Assembly: GCA_964589775.1 (NCBI GenBank)
Contig: CAZPUN010000035.1
Coordinates: 1-32,000 of the forward strand
Source: an uncultured archaeon
GTDB taxonomy: Archaea; Asgardarchaeota; Thorarchaeia; Thorarchaeales; CAZPUN01
Length of the DNA: 32,000 nt
Direction: 5' to 3'
Position numbers and translations under genes: made by a program. Below, in pieces: positions 26,019-32,000 of this stretch. Every line of letters starts with the position of its first letter. Within the stretch, counting starts at the first letter, position 1. The notes beneath the pieces were generated by a model, which worked only from the letters and a program-made list of their open reading frames with translations, had not been told where the DNA came from and searched no databases.

Positions 26019-27104
26019 TTATAATTCCCGTTCTTCATCTTTTATAAAGAAAAGCCTGCCTTTTAAGTTTACGCTATGTACAGATTCACCTGGAGAAAGA
26101 ATTAATGGAACTTGTTTGCGATCAATATCAATGATTTCATAATTTCCGTTATCCATTAATTGGATACTGGTAGGGGTCACCGAAAGAACCATTAATGTTC
26201 GCGTTTCAGAGCCATCCTTGAGAAAAACAATTTTTTGAAACTTGTTACTATCAATTGATACAGAAAACGTATTATGCTCGACAAGATTTAGACAAACTAA
26301 TCTTTTTCGTTCATTGCGTAAAACCATGGATGGAATTCGGTCAACTTCGATAAAATCACCCTTTCTGAAGCGAGGAAGCCGTACAACAACAGTTCGTAAA
26401 TATCTTCTTTCACCACTTTTAGGGTCGACTCCAACTAACTTGAAGGATTCTTTTATCGTCCCTAAGAACTGATCTCTTATTTCAACAGCAATTGCTTTAC
26501 AAAGATGCTCAGAGCCAACATCAAGAGTTAACCCGCCAAATCGCTCGTGAGTGATTTCAGAAATATATGCTTTTGAATCATGACCATAAGCATTATTTAA
26601 CATACTATATATTATAGAAGTGATCTCTCGTTCTTCACTCTCATCTAATTTACGTTCATCTGCACGAATTTGTAAAATAGATTCATGATGCCCGCCATGT
26701 CTAAGAGAACAACTACGACATAAAGAGAATTCGATTTTTATAGGCACCACATGTTTTTCAGGATAAGGGGGTATTAATCGATGTGTGGTCCCATAAATAA
26801 CAACTTCTGCCGTAGCATGAGTGTTATCGTGCTCCAAAATTTTTACGGTAATTGTATAATCCTTATTTTTGATATACTTGTCTCTTATTATTTTTGAAAC
26901 TGCCATTTCTAAGTGTTCAACATAATTAGTTGTCGTAGGAACAATCCACTTACCTCTATGCCAATAAGAATAACAATCCCTACAGATTTTTAATGTGATA
27001 TTAGGAATTGGATTAGACAAGGGGTGATCGTGTTTGTAACATTCAATACATTGCCCATCAATTAATGGGCCTTCACCCCCACAAACATAGCATACATTAG
27101 GCAT
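26019..27104 (-). CDS. nmd3: Nmd3 large-subunit biogenesis factor
   Basis: CYVCG..CIEC..CRDC..W..CRSC zinc ribbons, ILQIR, KLVG.D..G..Y, OB-like tail QLMD..YE. Confidence 0.92.
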   Translation of the reverse strand: MPNVCYVCGGEGPLIDGQCIECYKHDHPLSNPIPNITLKICRDCYSYWHRGKWIVPTTTNYVEHLEMAVSKIIRDKYIKNKDYTITVKILEHDNTHATAEVVIYGTTHRLIPPYPEKHVVPIKIEFSLCRSCSLRHGGHHESILQIRADERKLDESEEREITSIIYSMLNNAYGHDSKAYISEITHERFGGLTLDVGSEHLCKAIAVEIRDQFLGTIKESFKLVGVDPKSGERRYLRTVVVRLPRFRKGDFIEVDRIPSMVLRNERKRLVCLNLVEHNTFSVSIDSNKFQKIVFLKDGSETRTLMVLSVTPTSIQLMDNGNYEIIDIDRKQVPLILSPGESVHSVNLKGRLFFIKDEEREL

Positions 27105-27129
27105 ATCAAAACACCCCATAATGGATCCT

Positions 27130-27429
27130 TTATAGTCTCATCCATTGAGCATGGGGAACATCACCAATCCAGAGAACCGCTTCTTCATGAATGTATCCAG
27201 CTTTTATCGCACCTTGTACGGATTCCTTTCCGATAAGATTTGCAATTGTTGCTACACTTAATGCTTCAATTGCATTATCTAATGGAATTACTTTTCCACC
27301 GTAAAATGATTCGCTAATATTAAATTCGATATCGCCATGTTTCAATGTTTTTCCAAGTAATTCGTAATCACATAGGGTGACAATGACGTGACTTTCACGT
27401 CGTTTTATACTGAAATGAACATTCACCAT
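27130..27429 (-). CDS. DUF424 family protein
   Basis: CDYELLGK, FYGG, IANLIG, VPHAQ. Confidence 0.88.
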   Translation of the reverse strand: MVNVHFSIKRRESHVIVTLCDYELLGKTLKHGDIEFNISESFYGGKVIPLDNAIEALSVATIANLIGKESVQGAIKAGYIHEEAVLWIGDVPHAQWMRL

Positions 27430-27443
27430 CTAACGATCACCAA

Positions 27444-27860
27444 TTATATCAATTTTACAGATGTTCTAGCACCACATGCATGACAAACAAGAAACAATGT
27501 TTTCCCTTCACGCCTAAGTTCAGTATCAGGCTTATGGCAAACTGGGCATATTACGTACATATTTGTATATTCACGTATTGATTCATTAATTGAATCTGTT
27601 GAAAATTTACCTTGAAGAACCACACGATGGCCTTCAATAGTACCCGCAGTACCCAGTTGCCCAGATATGTACTTTAAAACTTCATGCACATCACGATTTA
27701 ATATGTCTACAATATCAAAGAAATTTCGAACAATCGTACGATTTCCTTCAATAAATGACACGGCTTCTGGAATTTTAAATCGTTCTCCTTTATCAAATGC
27801 GCCTTCTGGAATTTGAGAACGGGCACGATCTAGTAATTCTTCATAATCTTTGAGTTCCAT
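27444..27860 (-). CDS. eif2b: Translation initiation factor 2 beta subunit
   Basis: YEELLDRA, ERFKIP, EGNRT, LGTAG, CPVCHKPDT..CHACGA. Confidence 0.97.
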   Translation of the reverse strand: MELKDYEELLDRARSQIPEGAFDKGERFKIPEAVSFIEGNRTIVRNFFDIVDILNRDVHEVLKYISGQLGTAGTIEGHRVVLQGKFSTDSINESIREYTNMYVICPVCHKPDTELRREGKTLFLVCHACGARTSVKLI

Positions 27861-27871
27861 TTTATAATCAC

Positions 27872-28552
27872 CTATTCTAGAGATTTGAATTTTCCTTGAG
27901 TTGGCTCGTAGATTTCACCTTCAGATATTAAATTACGTAATGCATCTTTAATTTTATCTTCTGATACACCGGGGAGATTTTTGACGATTTCCGCATACGC
28001 TACTCCTGCAGATTTTCCTTGCCTTATAATATTAAGGATGCGTATGTCTAAGGGCGAATCATCATCTACAACCATTTCTTGTACGACATGCGCCTCAGGT
28101 GTAGTAGATTCAGTAGAAATATCAGAGATATTGCTTTTCTCACCCATTGTTAAGATAGCATATAATCGTTCCAGTCTGTGCAATGTTTCCCAATTCAAAT
28201 CATCGAGTTTTGATACTATTTCAGGAGAGATAAATCGTTCATTTCCCGACTCTCGAACCTTCCCAATAACGCGTACTAAATCTCCAACCTCAATATCTGC
28301 AAGAAGTGCCATTTCAGCTCTCCATGCTTTAATAGCGATCGTATCGGAACCATCATCCAATATTAGTGATCGAAATGAACGTTCAGGATTCCCAAACTCT
28401 GCAACAATCATCCCAACAATAGAAACTCTAAGTACACTTAATCCGGATGGTGTTTTAATTCGCTTACCTTCTTGTAAATCTAAAAATTCACCTTGTTTTA
28501 TATCACTGATGAGTACACGTATTGTGGGAATCCGCTTAAATCTACCAAACAT
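27872..28552 (-). CDS. RPA32/RPA2-like ssDNA-binding subunit (OB fold + C-terminal winged helix)
   Basis: RVSIVG, LDDGSDTI, GDLVRVIGKVRE (OB), S/T-rich linker, then L.NLISEGEIYEP (wH); SD GGAGA before ATG 28552. Confidence 0.85.
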   Translation of the reverse strand: MFGRFKRIPTIRVLISDIKQGEFLDLQEGKRIKTPSGLSVLRVSIVGMIVAEFGNPERSFRSLILDDGSDTIAIKAWRAEMALLADIEVGDLVRVIGKVRESGNERFISPEIVSKLDDLNWETLHRLERLYAILTMGEKSNISDISTESTTPEAHVVQEMVVDDDSPLDIRILNIIRQGKSAGVAYAEIVKNLPGVSEDKIKDALRNLISEGEIYEPTQGKFKSLE

Positions 28553-28670
28553 ATTCAAAATCTCCAATTTTGAGATTATTAAAATTCTCATATTTTTTAC
28601 TCATAAATTTATTTGTTTGCTATTATATAATAACTACTATTATTATAAAAAATAAAAGAATAAAATTATT

Positions 28671-29705
28671 TCAAAAGAAATCCTCAAGGCTCGTTTGAAT
28701 CCCAGATCCCTTTAACTTTTTGTAAGCATTGTTTAGACGAGAAATACCCTTTTCAACTCGTTCACGATTGAAATCATGCTCTTCACAAAGGAATTCAACA
28801 AGCTTATCAGGATCTGGAACAGAAAGATCTGGAATTGGCAAATCAATAACTTCGGGATTTAGAAAAATATTCCGTACTGTCTCATAATCAAAATCAATAG
28901 AGTAGTTCTTAGCTTTAACTATTTCATTAAATGAGCCATATTTCTTAATTAATTTCAAAGCTGTTTTGGGACCCACTCCAGGAATTTTATCATTAAAATC
29001 GGTTCCTATAAGAATACCAATATCAATTAACTGTTCATGTGAAATATCTAATTCAGAGAGAACCCGGTCTAATTCGATCAATGTAGGATAAACTTGAACA
29101 TAGATGTTTTTTCCAGGTAATTTTCGGCGCTCAGAAAGTGTAAGATTTCGTATCAAACGAGGAGATCCAAACAATAGAGAATCAAAATCTTGACTTGCAG
29201 ATGACCAAGCTTTGTTTTTCTTGACTAGAAAGGCAGCTTGGGCTTCACCTTCGGATGGAGCCTGTATAATAGGAATCCCCATATATGATAATAATTGCTT
29301 ACTTGATTCTATGATATCTTCAGATAAGCGTGAAGAAGACCTAGCAGCCTTATATGCATCTTCAATTCGTCCTTCTTTTAGAGCAGTTTTCCACTTTACG
29401 TAAGATTCCTCACGTATCTTTCTACGATTTTCTATTTCTTTTGCTTTTAATAATGGTGGCTTCCCATCAAATACAAATGCAACAATAACTTCAGATTCAA
29501 TAAGACTAATTGTTCTATAAAACAGACCAGTCAGATGGCTTGTGATGCGACCTTTAGAATCAACTAATGGCATTCCATCCGGCTGCCTAATTGTAGATAA
29601 AAATTGATATAAAACATTAAATGCATCAATTACGATTTTTTTCCCAGATAACTCATTTAAGCGAATTTCTTTTGAAGGCACAAGTTTGCCCAAGTCAGTA
29701 CCCAT
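28671..29705 (-). CDS. fen: Flap endonuclease 1
   Basis: IDAFNVLYQFL..IRQPDG, TSHLTGLFYRT, FDG, EGEAQAA, SQDFDSLLFG, GTDFN..GVGPK, PIP box QTSLEDFF. Confidence 0.98.
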   Translation of the reverse strand: MGTDLGKLVPSKEIRLNELSGKKIVIDAFNVLYQFLSTIRQPDGMPLVDSKGRITSHLTGLFYRTISLIESEVIVAFVFDGKPPLLKAKEIENRRKIREESYVKWKTALKEGRIEDAYKAARSSSRLSEDIIESSKQLLSYMGIPIIQAPSEGEAQAAFLVKKNKAWSSASQDFDSLLFGSPRLIRNLTLSERRKLPGKNIYVQVYPTLIELDRVLSELDISHEQLIDIGILIGTDFNDKIPGVGPKTALKLIKKYGSFNEIVKAKNYSIDFDYETVRNIFLNPEVIDLPIPDLSVPDPDKLVEFLCEEHDFNRERVEKGISRLNNAYKKLKGSGIQTSLEDFF

Positions 29706-29893
29706 AAGAGTCAGCTCCATCAAGTATAAAACAAAATACTTTTATCTCATTTACAGAATTTGTTTTCTAATTATCAATTTATCTCTTATTGATTTAAAAA
29801 TTTAAAGAAATGCAACTCTCGAAAGGTTTAAAACAAATTTAAAGTTTGAACACAATGCCGTGGGCGAAATTAAAAATTTCGGCGGGATGATAA

Positions 29894-30067
29894 ATGTCAA
29901 TAAAAATGCCAAAATGCAACTCATGTCATAATATAATTGCACCTGATGAATTATCAGTCAAATTCAAATGCCCAAATTGCGGTCAAGTTGAAATATGGCG
30001 ATGCGAAAAGTGTAGAGTGTTCTCTAATAAGTATCGCTGTCCAAAATGTGGATTCGAAGGCCCGTAA
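29894..30067 (+). CDS. Small double zinc-ribbon protein (DUF1610/HVO_2753-like); absent from the ORF track
   Basis: Hand translation MSIKMPKCNSC..FKCPNCG..IWRCEKCR..YRCPKCGFEGP, 57 aa; usual position before aEF-1beta. Confidence 0.92.
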   Translation: MSIKMPKCNSCHNIIAPDELSVKFKCPNCGQVEIWRCEKCRVFSNKYRCPKCGFEGP

Positions 30068-30081
30068 AAGGAGGATAAAAA

Positions 30082-30345
30082 ATGGGTAGTGTTTTAATAA
30101 CATATAAAGTAATGCCAGATGGTGTAGACACCGATTTGGAAGCAATAACAAAACAAATTAAAGACAAAGCACCAGAAGGTGTAGAAGTAGCTGGAGTAGA
30201 TAAACAGCCAATCGCTTTTGGACTTAATGCGCTAATAATTAATGTTGTTATGGATGAAAACCGGGATTCCGAAGATTTTGAGAAATTTATTAAACAGATA
30301 CCCGGAGTAAGCCAAGTTGATGTAGCGGGTATGACTCGCCTATAG
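30082..30345 (+). CDS. ef1b: Elongation factor 1-beta
   Basis: KVMP, PIAFGLNAL, IPGVSQVDV; SD GGAGG. Confidence 0.95.
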   Translation: MGSVLITYKVMPDGVDTDLEAITKQIKDKAPEGVEVAGVDKQPIAFGLNALIINVVMDENRDSEDFEKFIKQIPGVSQVDVAGMTRL

Positions 30346-30351
30346 ATTTTT

Positions 30352-30392
30352 ACAAACAATTTTCCGGGGTAAATTTCCCCGGAAGTTGTTGT
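30352..30392. terminator. GC-rich stem-loop after aEF-1beta (terminator or mRNA 3' structure)
   Basis: TTCCGGGG (30362-30369) pairs with CCCCGGAA (30377-30384), extendable by AACAA/TTGTT. Confidence 0.5.
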
Positions 30393-30453
30393 CATTAAGG
30401 AAATTGTTTTTAAATATAATAAAAGAAACTATTGATATGAGGTGGCGGCTTCT

Positions 30454-32000
30454 ATGAGTATCATTCTGAAAGTAGCTGAAGCAGAACATAGAGATATTGG
30501 ACGATTCATAGTTAGAATGTCTAGCGAAAATATGAGAAAATTAGGAATACGATCTGGTGAAGTAGTCTTAATAAAAGGAACAAGCACAACTGCTGCAATC
30601 GCATGGCCTGTATTTCAGAGCACTAGAGAAGAAAATATAATAAAAATGGATGGGCGCATTAGGAAAAACGCAGGTGTAAGTATAGGAGATAAGGTCGAAG
30701 TATCAAAAGCAGAAACAAAGACCGCAAAGCAAGTATTTTTAGCGCCAACATATGTACCATTTCAACCAGATTCAAAATATGAGGAATTTATTAAACGCCG
30801 CCTCCTCAATAATCCGATTACTGAAAACGATATTGTGGCGATACCGATATTAGGGCGTGCAATTCCATTTAAAGTTTTAAAAGTTAAACCTGAAGGCGTA
30901 GTAATTATTCGCGGAAATACAATTTTGAAAATATCAGACAGAGGCGTAGCTGATGCAATTAGTTCATCAGCGGTTTCGTATGAAGATATTGGAGGGTTAA
31001 GTGAAGCAAAAGAAAAGATCAGAGAAATGGTAGAACTTCCGTTACGACATCCAGAAATATTTAAGCGATTAGGAATTGATCCCCCCCGAGGAGTTCTACT
31101 ATATGGGCCACCAGGCTGTGGAAAAACTCTATTAGCACGAGCAGTAGCTTCCGAATCAGAAGCACATTTTATTCATATTAATGGCCCAGAAATTATGTCA
31201 AAGTTCTATGGCGAATCTGAGCAACGTTTAAGAAAGATCTTTGATGAAGCCGAGAAAAATGCACCAAGTATAATTTTTGTGGATGAAATCGATGCAATAG
31301 CGCCTAAGAGAGAAGATGTGCAAGGCGAAGTAGAAAGAAGAGTTGTAGCACAATTATTAGCAAATATGGATGGATTAAAAGAACGCGGACAAGTTATTGT
31401 AATTGGAGCTACAAATAGAGTAAATGCATTAGATCCTGCATTAAGAAGACCAGGACGATTCGATAGAGAAATTGAAATTGGTGTCCCAGATAACAAAGAG
31501 CGATTAGAAATCTTAGAAATTCATTCTCATGCAAAGGGTATGCCATTAGCTAAAGAAGGTCCCGATAAAGTAGATTTGGAAGCATTAGCAAATATGACAC
31601 ATGGATTTGTTGGTGCAGACCTTCAAGCATTATGTAAAGAAGCCGCAATGAAAGCATTAAGACGTTATCTACCAGAAATTGACTTAGATACAGAAATAAT
31701 TCCAGAGGACCTATTACTTCGAATGAAAGTAAGACAATCAGACTTCCTAGCAGCACTTAAAGAGGTTCATCCATCCGCAATTAGAGAAGTTTTTGTAGAG
31801 ATACCCAATGTTCATTGGTCAGATATTGGAGGCCTTAAAGAAACAAAACAAGAATTAATTGAAGTTGTAGAATGGCCAATAAAATACCCAGAAGCATTCC
31901 AAAGAATAGGAATACACCCACCTAGAGGCGTATTACTCTATGGGCCGCCCGGATGCGGAAAAACCATGCTCGCAAAAGCAATAGCTACCGAAAGTAAAGC
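30454..32000 (+). CDS. cdc48: CDC48/VAT AAA+ ATPase (runs off the window end; absent from the ORF track)
   Basis: ATG 30454 after GAGGTG; N domain [23 protein letters not shown]; D1 [31 protein letters not shown]; D2 [15 protein letters not shown]. Confidence 0.97.
   Translation, partial: MSIILKVAEAEHRDIGRFIVRMSSENMRKLGIRSGEVVLIKGTSTTAAIAWPVFQSTREENIIKMDGRIRKNAGVSIGDKVEVSKAETKTAKQVFLAPTYVPFQPDSKYEEFIKRRLLNNPITENDIVAIPILGRAIPFKVLKVKPEGVVIIRGNTILKISDRGVADAISSSAVSYEDIGGLSEAKEKIREMVELPLRHPEIFKRLGIDPPRGVLLYGPPGCGKTLLARAVASESEAHFIHINGPEIMSKFYGESEQRLRKIFDEAEKNAPSIIFVDEIDAIAPKREDVQGEVERRVVAQLLANMDGLKERGQVIVIGATNRVNALDPALRRPGRFDREIEIGVPDNKERLEILEIHSHAKGMPLAKEGPDKVDLEALANMTHGFVGADLQALCKEAAMKALRRYLPEIDLDTEIIPEDLLLRMKVRQSDFLAALKEVHPSAIREVFVEIPNVHWSDIGGLKETKQELIEVVEWPIKYPEAFQRIGIHPPRGVLLYGPPGCGKTMLAKAIATESK

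Noticed and set aside
27981-28655. 224-aa plus-strand ORF antisense to the RPA2-like gene
   Set aside because: Ser/Ile-rich shadow translation with no recognisable family; the opposite strand has a clear gene
30343-30392. Hairpin after aEF-1beta as a SECIS/PYLIS recoding element
   Set aside because: aEF-1beta ends at its normal length, no gene in the window needs TGA/TAG readthrough, and no SECIS core motif is evident
1-32000. CRISPR array, cas genes, tRNA/rRNA, transposases, inteins
   Set aside because: No repeat-spacer periodicity, no long GC-rich structured RNA segment, no mobile-element ORFs, and conserved proteins have normal lengths

Overview
AT-rich, gene-dense archaeal chromosomal window, very likely from an Asgard archaeon. 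The evidence is a Lokiactin-type actin (13463-14608) and a ribophorin I (RPN1/OST1)-like protein (17459-20464) among conserved archaeal informational genes. These include aIF2-gamma, PIN, Rpo7, Spt4, eS24, eS31, Kae1, Bud32, A/V-ATPase B, GlmU-like, RNase Z, ITPase, Topo VI A/B, Pno1, Rio1, aIF1A, Nmd3, aIF2-beta, RPA2-like, FEN1, aEF-1beta and CDC48. I saw no tRNA, rRNA, CRISPR array or mobile element. Four observations stand out. (1) A ~1000-aa single-pass protein fuses a DOMON-like domain (with an FKBP prolyl isomerase inserted in it), an Ig-like domain, a ribophorin I lumenal region and a cytoplasmic helical tail, and lies head-to-head with an ALG7/AglH-like GlcNAc-1-P transferase; this is a candidate coupled N-glycosylation/folding module. 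(2) The actin gene is divergent from a wHTH + CARF-like regulator and a cytoplasmic FG-GAP-like beta-propeller, across an intergenic region holding several palindromes, one a perfect 14-bp inverted repeat. (3) aIF2-gamma and RNase Z have no ATG/GTG/TTG before their conserved N-terminal motifs (probable starts CTG and ATT/ATA). (4) Topo VI B seems to lack the WKxY motif. All family assignments come from motif recognition by eye; no searches were run.
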